A stretch of 64,000 nucleotides of DNA from a virus (Duplodnaviria; Heunggongvirae; Uroviricota; Caudoviricetes). The stretch spans positions 1 through 64,000 of the IMG/VR virus record IMGVR_UViG_3300032156_000005; one strand, written 5' to 3'. Made by a program: the position numbers and the translations under genes. The notes under the pieces are model-generated. The model was not told the origin of the DNA and did not search any database. It worked only from the letters and a program-made list of their open reading frames with translations. The stretch's first letter is position 1. Every line of letters starts with the position of its first letter. Of this stretch, positions 1 to 10,108 are shown piece by piece.

Positions 1-1
1 C

Positions 2-799
2 GGTCCCAGTGGTGCGACAGGCCCCAGTGGTCCCAGTGGTGCGACAGGCCCCAGTGGTCCTTCAGGTCCAGAGGGTGCGACAGGCCCCAGTGGTCCTTCA
101 GGTCCCAGTGGTCCTTCAGGTCCAACTGGCCCCAGCGGTCCCAGTGGTGCGACAGGCCCTAGTGGTCCTTCAGGTCCAGATGGTGCGACAGGTCCTAGTG
201 GTCCTTCAGGTCCAGAGGGTGCGACAGGCCCAACTGGCCCCAGTGGTCCAGAGGGTGCGACAGGCCCAACTGGCCCCAGCGGTCCCAGTGGTGCGACAGG
301 CCCTAGTGGTCCTTCAGGTCCAGATGGTGCGACAGGCCCAACTGGCCCTAGCGGCCCAACTGGCCCTAGCGGTCCTAGTGGTCCTAGTGGTCCTAGTGGT
401 CCTGATGGTGGATTCGTCACGCAGACCAGCGGTGAGGCTAACGGCATCATAATCGGAACCCCCGTCTACTCTTCGGCTGCCGATACCGTCAAGAAGGGTA
501 AGGCTGACGCCGAGGGGACGGTTGAACTGATCGGTCTAGCTCAAGCCACAATCGTGACTACTGGAACTGGCTATATCCAGACATCGGGCGTTATGACGGC
601 TACCACCGCTCAGTGGGACGCTGTTGCTGGAACTTCTGGAGGATTAGCGTACGGTGTCGTGTACTATCTTGATCCAGCGACGGTTGGAAAAATCACAGCG
701 ACGGCACCAACGACAGTTGGCCAGTACGTCGTGCGCGTTGGATTGGCAATCAGTACGACAAAATTACTCATTGGAATAGCTCCACCCATATTGCTTTAG
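2..799 (+). CDS. Collagen-like repeat tail fibre protein (5' partial; Gly-X-Y triple-helix repeats followed by a non-repeat C-terminal domain)
   Basis: Frame 2 from nt 2 translates as [19 protein letters not shown]... (uninterrupted G-X-Y triplets for ~135 codons) and runs without a stop into the track ORF 554..799 (same frame, stop at 797-799). The track ORF 9..452 is the wrong frame of the same DNA. Confidence 0.75.
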   Translation, partial: GPSGATGPSGPSGATGPSGPSGPEGATGPSGPSGPSGPSGPTGPSGPSGATGPSGPSGPDGATGPSGPSGPEGATGPTGPSGPEGATGPTGPSGPSGATGPSGPSGPDGATGPTGPSGPTGPSGPSGPSGPSGPDGGFVTQTSGEANGIIIGTPVYSSAADTVKKGKADAEGTVELIGLAQATIVTTGTGYIQTSGVMTATTAQWDAVAGTSGGLAYGVVYYLDPATVGKITATAPTTVGQYVVRVGLAISTTKLLIGIAPPILL

Positions 800-806
800 G
801 ATTATT

Positions 807-3083
807 ATGGCTATCAAGAAACCACTCGTACTGACTAATGGAAAAGTTCGGCAGATACAGACTCCAGATACGATATATGATCCAGCTTGGGTCGATATTA
901 ACCGTTGCGGTTTTCTTGATATTGCCAGATTGAATACGACCATAGCGTTCGATGGAACCGATCTATTTACGCTCGGGACGGTTGCGGCTACATGGGAGTA
1001 TTACCGCGCTGGCGTAAGATACACGATTACAGGTTCCAAGACGAAAACAGTTGCTGCACCGATGGTCGATGGAAAGTTGTATTATATCTACATCGACTCA
1101 ACTGATGGCGAACTACTGTCTTCAACGTCAGCGTGGGATCTCATTGACGAGAAGATCCCAGTTGCTACTCTCTATTGGGATTCGACGCAGACGCCGAAGT
1201 ATTTCCTAGCAGACGAGAGGCATACTTGTCTTATCGACAGACGAAATCACCACACAGAACACTTCACGACTGGTACGGTGATGAAGACGGTGGGCGCGTT
1301 GACTGGCATGACTGTCGGGTCTGACGTTAATGCGAACAAGACATTCAAGATTGCTGACTCAACATTGATTGATGAAGACTTGATCGAAGCAATAGCTGAA
1401 CTCGCACAGCCAAATGGAACCGATGCAAACTATCTTTGTTTGTATCGTACTGCTGCATCCACATGGAAGTGGAAGATGTCGAATATGCCCTTCGTGTACA
1501 ACGTAGGCAATACGAACAACTGGATTCAGTACGACAACGCTGGAACTATGACGGATCTTACTGGTGGATCTGGTGGAAACAAGAGATTCGTAAATACATT
1601 CTTGTGCTTTTCCAATATCGGTGGAGTTGCGAGGCACTTTATCATTCCAGGAAGGAATGTGTACACGACACTTAACGACGCGCAGACAAGTATGCCGGAT
1701 CTGTACACGTTCAACGGATTCATTTGTTCTGAATTCAATATCGCATATCGTCTTACGTGGTCAACCGAGACTGCAACATCTCAAGGACAATGTACCCTCG
1801 CTGCAACGCCAACCAGGATTAACGTTCCCGCTATTTTCACTTCTGCTTCAGCAATTTCTATTCTTCATAATTCATTGAGTGGACTTCAGGGCGGTGACGG
1901 ACTTAATCAATTCTACCATTTGAACTCTGCTGACCATACGGCGCTCACTGGCGGCGGTAGTGTTAAGGGTCTGACGGCAGATAGAGTCACGCTAGGGGCG
2001 ACGGCTACTACGTTGAAGGATTCAGCTAATCTAACATTCGATGGAACTAATGCTCTTAGTATAGGCGGTCTACCTGCGCTTCGCGTAGTAGCAGCAAGCA
2101 GCATATTCTATATCGCAACAACCGGAAGTGACACTACCGGCGACGGCTCGTCGGGTACTCCGTGGTTGACTCTCGGTAAAGCACTGAGTTATCTAGCAGA
2201 TAAGTGGCTAGCGGGCACAGTCACTATTCAATTTGGGGATGGAACGCATACGCAGGCCGCAGTGACTGTCAATCATCCACAAGGGGTGCTATTAACGATT
2301 AAAGGAACGAATACCTACGCTAAGACAATGAGTAGCGTTCAGAGTAGTTCAGGTGGGTCGGCAGCTTGGTCTGTTATTATAAACCTGAATAACGTGACAA
2401 ACATTGCCGCTAATGACTACGTTTTGATCTCCGCCGCCTCCGGTGGAACTCTTCCGACTTACATTTGTGGCTGCCATAAAGTCACAAATGTTGACTCTGG
2501 AAATAGCAGAATAACGATAACGAGCAAGCATCTGAACGCAACACCACCGAGTGGTGCAGTTGCGGCTACCGTCATAGTAGTTAAGACCATACTTAATATA
2601 AATGGAAATGCTGGAATCACTGTCACATCTAAACTCGGTAGTATAGCTTCATTGGTGATAGCCGGTGGTGGAGGAGGGTGGGCAAGCACTTCGTCGTATT
2701 GCTTAGTGTCTAGTGGGTCAATCAGCCTTGGATTGTATCTAGGACTAGCAGGCGCAGCGTATGCATTATTGACATTCGATGGGAATTTTCTCGGATTTTC
2801 AGTAGTTTACATGTCAGATTTCGCAATTGGCGCACAATCAAGCTATGGAAATACCATCATATGCCAGTACGCTATTGCGACTGGCTGTACGCACGCTGGT
2901 TTTTCAGCATGGGGTGGTACAGTAGACGCCTATGGAGCGATTGCAACTGGAAACGGGAATGGATTCTATGCTGTTGACAATGGAACCATGAGGGCTGGAG
3001 CGGCTACTTCAACCGGAAATACCACAGCGTATTCCCCCCTAGTCAATACCGAAGGAAACAATTACGCAGTTATCGCACAATAA
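807..3083 (+). CDS. Large tail fibre / tail spike-like protein (758 aa)
   Basis: Long ORF directly downstream of the collagen-like fibre gene. It is Gly/Thr/Ser/Ala-rich with beta-rich repetitive segments (e.g. ...GTNALSIGG..., ...ITVTSKLGS...) typical of fibre/spike receptor-binding proteins. No catalytic motif recognised. Confidence 0.5.
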   Translation: MAIKKPLVLTNGKVRQIQTPDTIYDPAWVDINRCGFLDIARLNTTIAFDGTDLFTLGTVAATWEYYRAGVRYTITGSKTKTVAAPMVDGKLYYIYIDSTDGELLSSTSAWDLIDEKIPVATLYWDSTQTPKYFLADERHTCLIDRRNHHTEHFTTGTVMKTVGALTGMTVGSDVNANKTFKIADSTLIDEDLIEAIAELAQPNGTDANYLCLYRTAASTWKWKMSNMPFVYNVGNTNNWIQYDNAGTMTDLTGGSGGNKRFVNTFLCFSNIGGVARHFIIPGRNVYTTLNDAQTSMPDLYTFNGFICSEFNIAYRLTWSTETATSQGQCTLAATPTRINVPAIFTSASAISILHNSLSGLQGGDGLNQFYHLNSADHTALTGGGSVKGLTADRVTLGATATTLKDSANLTFDGTNALSIGGLPALRVVAASSIFYIATTGSDTTGDGSSGTPWLTLGKALSYLADKWLAGTVTIQFGDGTHTQAAVTVNHPQGVLLTIKGTNTYAKTMSSVQSSSGGSAAWSVIINLNNVTNIAANDYVLISAASGGTLPTYICGCHKVTNVDSGNSRITITSKHLNATPPSGAVAATVIVVKTILNINGNAGITVTSKLGSIASLVIAGGGGGWASTSSYCLVSSGSISLGLYLGLAGAAYALLTFDGNFLGFSVVYMSDFAIGAQSSYGNTIICQYAIATGCTHAGFSAWGGTVDAYGAIATGNGNGFYAVDNGTMRAGAATSTGNTTAYSPLVNTEGNNYAVIAQ

Positions 3084-3385
3084 TGAAACTAATAATCAAA
3101 AACGGATATGTTGTTGCTACTCACGCTGACGAGCAAAGAATCACGCAGAAAATGTATCCAGATTGTGAGATAGTTTCATACAATGGATCATTCAAGATGG
3201 GAATGGATCGGCAACTTGATCCACGTACTGAAGAAGAGAAGAAACTTGCATACAGAGACAAGCGAAGCCTGGAATATCCTTCTGTACAGGATCAATTGGA
3301 TATGATGTACCGGGACGCCGCCAATAAAACTACCAGTTGGGTTGACTCGATTACTATGATTAAAAACAAGTATCCGAAGATTTAA
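3083..3385 (+). CDS. Hypothetical protein (100 aa)
   Basis: Compact ORF, start overlapping the upstream stop (ATGA). No recognisable motif. Confidence 0.4.
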   Translation: MKLIIKNGYVVATHADEQRITQKMYPDCEIVSYNGSFKMGMDRQLDPRTEEEKKLAYRDKRSLEYPSVQDQLDMMYRDAANKTTSWVDSITMIKNKYPKI

Positions 3386-3395
3386 GGGAGAGAAA

Positions 3396-4160
3396 ATGAA
3401 GAATGTAAGTCCGTGGGTGTCTGCTACTGTACTGGCTGTTATATTAGCTTTTAGTGGCTTTACTGTTTATGAAAAATTTGTATCGCACCGTGCAAATCCG
3501 AGTGCCTACGACAATCTAACCCCCGGTCCTGTTGTGAATGCAAAGGCCGAGGTTGTAATCGAAGGTCCGACCGAAATTAAGATTGGACAATTGGCTAGAT
3601 TCGACGTCACTAAGTCAGCCGGTAAGACCTTTAAGTGGAAGGTATTACCACCAACAACAAACTTTGAAGTATATGACGACGGCCGCCGAGCAGTGTTCTC
3701 CTCAACTACAGCGGGTGATTTTACATTCATTGTGGCCTGTGCCAATGATAATGACGTAGATGTCAAGACACATATTGTTAAGGTCGGCGACGGTGGCGAA
3801 ACTCCCACCCCCGGCCCAGTAAATCCTGCTACCGGTATTGCAGGTAAGGTGGTCGAACTCAGTAAGCTGGTTAATTCTCCAAATAAAAAAGCTGAATCAG
3901 CAAAACTTGCTGCCAGTTTCACTGGGATTGCCAAGCAAATTACAGACGGTCAACTAACCACGGCCGAGCAGATAATTGAAGCACAGGCAACTGCAAATCG
4001 AGCGGCACTTGGAAATAGTCTAACAACCTGGGTCCCATTCTTAACTTCGCTACAGAAGGAAATGAAGACACAGGCTGAAGCTGGCTTACTTGTAACCGCA
4101 GAACAGCATTCTGCCCTTTGGGTACAAATTGCAACTGGATTGACTATCGTAGCAAAGTGA
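3396..4160 (+). CDS. Membrane-anchored hypothetical protein (N-terminal TM/signal anchor)
   Basis: N-terminus MKNVSPWVSATVLAVILAFSGFTVY is a hydrophobic helix. RBS-like GGGAGAG upstream. No catalytic motif recognised. Confidence 0.45.
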   Translation: MKNVSPWVSATVLAVILAFSGFTVYEKFVSHRANPSAYDNLTPGPVVNAKAEVVIEGPTEIKIGQLARFDVTKSAGKTFKWKVLPPTTNFEVYDDGRRAVFSSTTAGDFTFIVACANDNDVDVKTHIVKVGDGGETPTPGPVNPATGIAGKVVELSKLVNSPNKKAESAKLAASFTGIAKQITDGQLTTAEQIIEAQATANRAALGNSLTTWVPFLTSLQKEMKTQAEAGLLVTAEQHSALWVQIATGLTIVAK

Positions 4161-4167
4161 GACTAGC

Positions 4168-5187
4168 ATGGACCGAAGAGAGTTTATAAAACTGTCTACA
4201 TTAGCTGGTCTAGGGTTATTCGTTGGAAAAACCCTAGGCATGGAACCTAGTTCTTCGGGTTTTATGCAACTGGCGTCCGAGGATCAAACCATCTATGGTG
4301 GCTGGATTCGCAGCGAAGCTGGCCGACGTATGTTCATAAAGAATAGTCCGCGTCCATTTATGAATCAACTGGATGCCGAAATCCGTGGTACAGGCGCTGG
4401 AAAGCAGGCTTTACTTTGGCCATTCCTTGAGAAGGTAACGGGCAAGCCACTACAGCCACATAATCAGGCTATCGGTGATTGCGTTTCACATGCCTACGGT
4501 TTAGGAGTGGATATTTTAACAGCCACTCAGATTGTAAAGAGAGGTTCGCCACAACGCTGGGTCGCTGAAGCAGCAACCGAAGTCATCTATGGTGGATCTA
4601 GGATTGAAATTGGTAAAGCACTGTATAATCGATCCTTGCGTGGAGACGGTGCTGAGGGTTACTGGGCCGCAGAATTTATCAAAAAATATGGCGTTCTACT
4701 TCGCCAAAAATATCTGGGACATGACTTTACTCACTATAGTGGAGGTGTCGCTCGCTCACTAGGATACAATGGTGTTCCAGTAGAACTGGAATCATTATGT
4801 CGCATGCATCCAGTTGGCTGGTGTGCCTTAGTGAATTCGTGGGAAGAGGCGAGAGATTGTATTTATAATGGTTATCCTGTTATACTTTGTAGTACACAAG
4901 GATTTAGTACCAAACGGGGACGCGATAAGAATGGGTATCTCGCACCTAGTTTAGTACAATGGAACCATGCAATGTTACTGACAGGTATTGATGAAGCTTG
5001 CGACCGACCCGGTGGATGCATCCAAAATTCATGGGGTGATTTCATACAGGGTGGAACAAAACTCAATCAACCTGCCGGTAGTTTTTGGGCGGATGCCAGT
5101 GTCATAGATAGAATTTGTAAAGCTGGGGACAGCATCGCAATTAGTTCATACGCCGGTTATCCAAAAAGTGACTATAGTATATGGTAA
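4168..5187 (+). CDS. Tat-signal papain-like (C1 family) cysteine peptidase
   Basis: N-terminal twin-arginine motif RREFIKLSTLAGLGLFVG. Catalytic Cys context QAIGDCVSHAYG (like the QGxCGSCW block of papain-like enzymes). His block NHAMLLTGID and NSWGDFIQGG (like NSWGxxWGxxG). Confidence 0.6.
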   Translation: MDRREFIKLSTLAGLGLFVGKTLGMEPSSSGFMQLASEDQTIYGGWIRSEAGRRMFIKNSPRPFMNQLDAEIRGTGAGKQALLWPFLEKVTGKPLQPHNQAIGDCVSHAYGLGVDILTATQIVKRGSPQRWVAEAATEVIYGGSRIEIGKALYNRSLRGDGAEGYWAAEFIKKYGVLLRQKYLGHDFTHYSGGVARSLGYNGVPVELESLCRMHPVGWCALVNSWEEARDCIYNGYPVILCSTQGFSTKRGRDKNGYLAPSLVQWNHAMLLTGIDEACDRPGGCIQNSWGDFIQGGTKLNQPAGSFWADASVIDRICKAGDSIAISSYAGYPKSDYSIW

Positions 5188-5417
5188 TACTTTGGAGACG
5201 ATTAGTTGTTTGGCTTAGATCACTGTTGCTAGCTTTATTCCTAAAAAAGCCAATCCAGTGGTCAACTAAAATTGGTGAGCTATCCAGTATTATTGTTGAC
5301 ACACTAAAGAAGACCGAAGTAAAACCAATAATCGAGCCGACCAAACCATCTACTCCCGACTATGATCTAGTACCAAGACGACCTATCCGAGATTTTTTTC
5401 GCCGAATATTCAAATGA
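5181..5417 (+). CDS. Small hydrophobic protein (78 aa)
   Basis: Start overlaps the peptidase stop (ATGGTAA). Contains a hydrophobic stretch LRSLLLALFL. Coding status uncertain. Confidence 0.3.
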   Translation: MVILWRRLVVWLRSLLLALFLKKPIQWSTKIGELSSIIVDTLKKTEVKPIIEPTKPSTPDYDLVPRRPIRDFFRRIFK

Positions 5418-5677
5418 AAGTATTTTATTTCACAGCGTCATGGTGCTCTGCATGCAAAAGAATGCGGCCAGTAATCGAAAAATTAATAGACGAGGGATTT
5501 AAAATACAAATTGTTGACGCTGACAAGAATAAACTAGCATCCGAGTATAACATTACCGCACTACCTACCATCGTGGTAGTGCAAGACTCAAAAGAAGTCA
5601 AACGCTTTGTTGGCCTGACTTCAATAGACGATTTGAGATCCCAATTAAAGAAAGATTCCGATTACAGGATTTGGTGA
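5414..5677 (+). CDS. Thioredoxin/glutaredoxin-like protein
   Basis: WCSACKRM redox motif (W-C-x-x-C) near the N-terminus, then the ...ALPTIVVV... beta-strand as in the thioredoxin fold. Size 87 aa. Confidence 0.6.
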   Translation: MKVFYFTASWCSACKRMRPVIEKLIDEGFKIQIVDADKNKLASEYNITALPTIVVVQDSKEVKRFVGLTSIDDLRSQLKKDSDYRIW

Positions 5678-5680
5678 AGT

Positions 5681-5962
5681 ATGCCATTTAGAGCAATTTA
5701 TATCCGACGATTGAATGAGAGTTACAAAGCTGGGACGCTATCAAAGAAGGATTATGACATCCTACTCAATGCGTATACGCACCCACGAAGACACAACGAT
5801 CTAGGTGAAAAAATCAATCTTATGTCGGAAGTTGAGGCCCACGCCCGAAAACGAGGATGGCCTGAAATTTGGAAATGGATAAAAGAAAATTGGATGACTA
5901 TTCTGAAATTAATTTTAAGTCTGCTGCCACTATTTTTGATGGTAGACGAAAACCAATTTTAA
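5681..5962 (+). CDS. Hypothetical protein (93 aa; small terminase subunit is possible by position only)
   Basis: Immediately upstream of the large terminase gene. No motif recognised. Confidence 0.3.
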   Translation: MPFRAIYIRRLNESYKAGTLSKKDYDILLNAYTHPRRHNDLGEKINLMSEVEAHARKRGWPEIWKWIKENWMTILKLILSLLPLFLMVDENQF

Positions 5963-6029
5963 CGAGCCGAGCAGGTGGTCGCCCATGATAAATCAATGCG
6001 AATCTGTGAATTAATCGGCTCTTAAACTA

Positions 6030-7691
6030 ATGAATGACCTATCAAACACATTTAAAGAAGCACTAGCAACTGGCCTCAAAAGTCGGACACTAACTTCGTG
6101 TTCAAGATGGTCCGTTTATCGACGTGTAATGGGGGAACCATTCCCTGGGCCGTACTCCTATAAGTATCATCCTTGGGCCCGAGAGATTAGTGACTCCGTA
6201 GCTCCCTTTAATTCGACGATGAAGGGTGCTCAATTGGGAATCACAGAGGTGGCGATTAATAGAGCCTTCTATACAATCGACGTGCTTAAACGCGACGTAC
6301 TGTATGTTTTACCGACGGCGATCAATGCGGCGGATTTTTCCAAATCGAGATTCAAATCGGCCCTATTAAATAGCCCATATCTGAAGTCAATCTTCACGGA
6401 TACAAACACAATAAGTTTAAAGCAGGCCGGTGGGGTAAATCTTTATATACGTGGTAGTCGAGGCGATAGTAATTTGAAGTCTATACCAGTATCGACTTTG
6501 ATTCTAGACGAACTCGATGAAATGGATCAGGATCAAATTTGGCTGGCTCTTGAGCGGCTAAGTGGTCAACGAGAGAAGAATGTTTGGGCACTCTCCACCC
6601 CAAAGATACCAAATAAAGGAATTCATAAGCTGTACCAACAGGGTACACAAGAGCACTACATATTTAAGTGCCCCAGATGCGGACGACAGACCGAATTTAT
6701 CTGGCCTGATTGCGTGGAAATTATTGGCGAATCGGTGACTGATCCACGCTGCCTGGAATCCTATCTAAAATGTAAAGAGTGCAATGGCCGGATAGAACAA
6801 CAAGAAAAACCTGAATTTCTAGCCAATAGTATTTGGGTTCCAATGTCAAACGATTGCAATAAAGCACATCGCAGTTTTCATTTAAATCAGTTGTACTCAT
6901 ATACTGTAACGGCGGGTGAATTAGTTGTAAAACATTTTCAGGGCCTTGGTGACGAGGCGGCGGCTACCGAGTTCTTTAATTCAAAACTCGGACTTCCATA
7001 TATCGGTGACGGTGCGAAAATTACGGATGAATTAATCGACTCCTGCAAGAGGGGGCATCTCAAGGGAGACGCCCAGCCTACCACCAGTGGAAGATTAATA
7101 ACAATGGGAATCGACGTTGGGAAGACCTGTCATATTGTTATTATGGAGTGGTTTATCGAGTCAATGGGTAGAGACATTAACGTCGCCGCAACTGGTAAAC
7201 TATTATGGGAAGGAACTTTACTATCGTCAGAGTTTGAGCGATTTGACCACCTGATGCGTGAATGGCAGGTTCTTGCGTGTGTTATTGACGCCGCTCCGTA
7301 TACTACAGATGCCCGACGATTTGCACGGCGATTTCCCGGCTATGTTACTCTCTGTAATTATCGAGCAGGTAGAACAGGTAAAGAGATAACAATCGCTGAG
7401 GATGAATTGGGTACACCAACAGCTACGGTTGACCGTACAAGTTGGATGGACGCATCATTAGGTCGCTTCCACGACAAACGGATACTGTTACCACAAGATA
7501 TTAGTGTTATGTTTCGCGACCATATTAAATCCCCTGTAAGAGTCTATGAAAAAGATTCTAATAATAATTACGTCGCGAGCTACACAGATACCGGGGCGGA
7601 CCACTTTGCACACGCCTTGAATTACGCAGAGATTGCATTGCCATTAGCGTGCAGTTATGTGAACAATCAGCCGGTTAAGGCATTCCTATAA
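6030..7691 (+). CDS. terL: Terminase large subunit (GpA-like)
   Basis: 553-aa ORF at the head of the head-morphogenesis block. Walker-B-like LILDELDEMDQD, N-terminal ATPase region and C-terminal nuclease-like region. Cys clusters CPRCGRQ...CKECNG. Gene order terminase–portal–scaffold–capsid follows. Confidence 0.75.
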   Translation: MNDLSNTFKEALATGLKSRTLTSCSRWSVYRRVMGEPFPGPYSYKYHPWAREISDSVAPFNSTMKGAQLGITEVAINRAFYTIDVLKRDVLYVLPTAINAADFSKSRFKSALLNSPYLKSIFTDTNTISLKQAGGVNLYIRGSRGDSNLKSIPVSTLILDELDEMDQDQIWLALERLSGQREKNVWALSTPKIPNKGIHKLYQQGTQEHYIFKCPRCGRQTEFIWPDCVEIIGESVTDPRCLESYLKCKECNGRIEQQEKPEFLANSIWVPMSNDCNKAHRSFHLNQLYSYTVTAGELVVKHFQGLGDEAAATEFFNSKLGLPYIGDGAKITDELIDSCKRGHLKGDAQPTTSGRLITMGIDVGKTCHIVIMEWFIESMGRDINVAATGKLLWEGTLLSSEFERFDHLMREWQVLACVIDAAPYTTDARRFARRFPGYVTLCNYRAGRTGKEITIAEDELGTPTATVDRTSWMDASLGRFHDKRILLPQDISVMFRDHIKSPVRVYEKDSNNNYVASYTDTGADHFAHALNYAEIALPLACSYVNNQPVKAFL

Positions 7692-7705
7692 AAGGTGAAT
7701 AAGTA

Positions 7706-9508
7706 ATGGCATACCCCGCTAGGTCAGTTGTTGATTATCGACATCCATCATATTACCGTGATATGAATTTTTGGGACATGTGGCGGTCTACGTATAATGG
7801 CGGAGATGACTTCACCTATGCATATTTACAGAAATTCAGCACTAGAGAGAGTAACACTGATTTTAATGCCCGTAGAGCATTAACACCCTGTGCAGCCTTC
7901 GCTAAAGCGGCTGTCAATGATATCCGTAATTCAATTTTTCAACGCATGCGGGATGTTCTTCGTAAAGATGGTAGCGAGTCATATCAAAAAGCTTCAGAAG
8001 GTTTAGAGGGGGGTGTTGATCTCCGAGGATCCAACATGACCGCCTTTATGGGCTATACGGCTTTGACCGAATTACTTGTAATGGGTAGAGTGGGTGTTTA
8101 CATTGATATGCCCACCATCCAAGCAACAACACTAGCTGATACCAGAGGTGCCCGACCATATCTATACATGTATCCAGTCGAGGATATTTTATCGTGGACC
8201 ACGAGCCGTCCAGATCAAGCATCTGAATTTCAAGCCGTTTTATTACGAGATCGTGTTGTTGACTTTGGGGATTTACGAGACTACAGTTCACAGTTGCCCG
8301 TTGAACTCCCGTGTGGTAGTTATGAGCGGTATAGATTTGTCTTTTTATGCCCAATTGATGGCAAGGTAAAAGTACAGTTTTTCAATGAGCAGGGAAAACC
8401 CATTACACCAGATGGTATTGAAATGGGTGCAGTTGATCCAATTAAATTAGATCTGGATCGTATCCCATTCACAATGCTCGACATCGGTGATAGCGCATTA
8501 AAAGACGTGTGCAAGCATCAAATCGCACTCCTGAATTTAGGTTCTAGCGATGTTGCGTATGCCTTGAAAGCTAATCTTCCTTTCTACACAGAACAAAGAG
8601 ATCTACGAGCCGTTGGTGACCATTTAAAGCACGCAACGAGTTCTGACGGTACTGCGTCTTCTGGTGGACAACCAGGATCAGATAACGAACGTCAGATGGG
8701 TACTTCGCAGGGAATTTATTATGATCTTCGAGCGGATCGGCCTAATTTTATTAATCCGTCGCCAGAACCACTCGAAGTCTCAATCAAGTTACAAGAAAAA
8801 TTAGAAGATGATATCCGTAAACTAGTGAACTTAGCAGTGGCCAATAAAGTTGGAAAAGCCATTTCTGCTGAGTCCAAGGATATGGATAATCAAGGGCTAG
8901 AGGCTGGACTCTCCTTTATCGGGATGATTCTCGAAAATGGTGAGAGACGCATCGCTGACCATTGGAGTGCGTATGAAGAACGCAACCCACTTCGCCGCAA
9001 AATACCGGTTATTAAATATCCAGATCGTTATAGTCTTAAATCTGATCTCACAAGGTTAGATGAGGCCAAGAAATTAAACGATCTTATTTATTCGGTCCCC
9101 GGTCCAAAGGTGAAGCGAGAATTGTCTAAATGTATTGTAGCTTCACTTTTGGCCGGGAAAGTTTCAGTGGAGACCATGAATGAAATCATTCAGGAAATTG
9201 ATACCGTACCCTACACAACAAGTGATCCAGATGTAATCTTGAGAGCCAAGGAGCAGGGTACTTGTAGTAATGAAACGGCATGTCTTGCCTTGGGATTTAA
9301 TAGGAATGAAGCTAAGAAGGCTGAAGTTGACCAGATTGAGCGACTAACCCGTATAGCAATTTCACAGAGTAAGGGCGGCGGGGCTGCCGAAGCAAATCCC
9401 GCAGCTAGGGGTCTCCCAGATCTAGCAGTTGATCCGGACGAAGCTAAGGACGAAAAGATCGGGAAACCAAAACGCGGACCCGGCAAGGAGAATGACGATA
9501 ATGGCTAG
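7706..9508 (+). CDS. Portal protein
   Basis: 600-aa ORF directly after the large terminase, followed by scaffold and capsid genes. Acidic C-terminal tail. Assigned by position and size. Confidence 0.6.
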   Translation: MAYPARSVVDYRHPSYYRDMNFWDMWRSTYNGGDDFTYAYLQKFSTRESNTDFNARRALTPCAAFAKAAVNDIRNSIFQRMRDVLRKDGSESYQKASEGLEGGVDLRGSNMTAFMGYTALTELLVMGRVGVYIDMPTIQATTLADTRGARPYLYMYPVEDILSWTTSRPDQASEFQAVLLRDRVVDFGDLRDYSSQLPVELPCGSYERYRFVFLCPIDGKVKVQFFNEQGKPITPDGIEMGAVDPIKLDLDRIPFTMLDIGDSALKDVCKHQIALLNLGSSDVAYALKANLPFYTEQRDLRAVGDHLKHATSSDGTASSGGQPGSDNERQMGTSQGIYYDLRADRPNFINPSPEPLEVSIKLQEKLEDDIRKLVNLAVANKVGKAISAESKDMDNQGLEAGLSFIGMILENGERRIADHWSAYEERNPLRRKIPVIKYPDRYSLKSDLTRLDEAKKLNDLIYSVPGPKVKRELSKCIVASLLAGKVSVETMNEIIQEIDTVPYTTSDPDVILRAKEQGTCSNETACLALGFNRNEAKKAEVDQIERLTRIAISQSKGGGAAEANPAARGLPDLAVDPDEAKDEKIGKPKRGPGKENDDNG

Positions 9509-10022
9509 TATGTATGGATCTTTAGTTAAAGCAAACGCCTACTTTCTCACCCGCTTACATACGGACGCTTGGGATAATGAGTCTACTGTAAATCAAACAA
9601 AGGCCATGTATACGGCCACTAGGATTATTGATCGACTCAATTACAAGGGCTATAAGAATTCAGTTTATCTAGTTCTAGAAGCTGCCGAGGAATATGACGA
9701 CGTTACGCAGGCAGAGCGTAGAGCCGCCGAAATCACACAGGCATTAGAATTCCCACGTGACGCCGATACAGTAACACCAGAGGATATTGAAACCGCGTGT
9801 TTTGAGATCGCCCTAGCATTACTCGATGGCGTTGATCCGGATATTGAATTAGAGAATTTGGGTACTACTGGTCAGAATTATGGTGGAGTAAAAACCACGT
9901 ATAATAGAGACCAGCAACCTATTGAACACTTACTACATGGTGTGCCGAGTGCTATGGCTTGGAGAATCTTAAAGCCATTTCTACGCGACGGACGTGCAGT
10001 TACTACTGTGAGAGTAAATTAA
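9501..10022 (+). CDS. Hypothetical head-morphogenesis protein (174 aa)
   Basis: ATG at 9501 overlaps the portal stop (ATGGCTAG). The track ORF 9429..10022 is the same frame with an upstream in-portal start. Confidence 0.4.
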   Translation: MASMYGSLVKANAYFLTRLHTDAWDNESTVNQTKAMYTATRIIDRLNYKGYKNSVYLVLEAAEEYDDVTQAERRAAEITQALEFPRDADTVTPEDIETACFEIALALLDGVDPDIELENLGTTGQNYGGVKTTYNRDQQPIEHLLHGVPSAMAWRILKPFLRDGRAVTTVRVN

Positions 10023-10108
10023 CAACCTGGGCCTCACAGCCGGGGATACTGACCATCAAGACCTGCGGATGGCCTGTACGAAAATGCAGGGGATTTTAGG
10101 AGAATAGA

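Noticed and set aside
1-420. Possible CRISPR array (short periodic repeats)
   Set aside because: The repeats are 9-18 nt coding units with no unique spacers and sit inside a continuous collagen-like ORF. The same reasoning applies to the 12-bp (PAKK) repeat at 29532-29603.
9-452. Track ORF translating to poly-Val/Gln/Pro ([13 protein letters not shown]…)
   Set aside because: It is the +1 reading of the collagen-repeat DNA. The biologically sensible frame is the Gly-X-Y frame starting at nt 2, which continues uninterrupted to the stop at 799.
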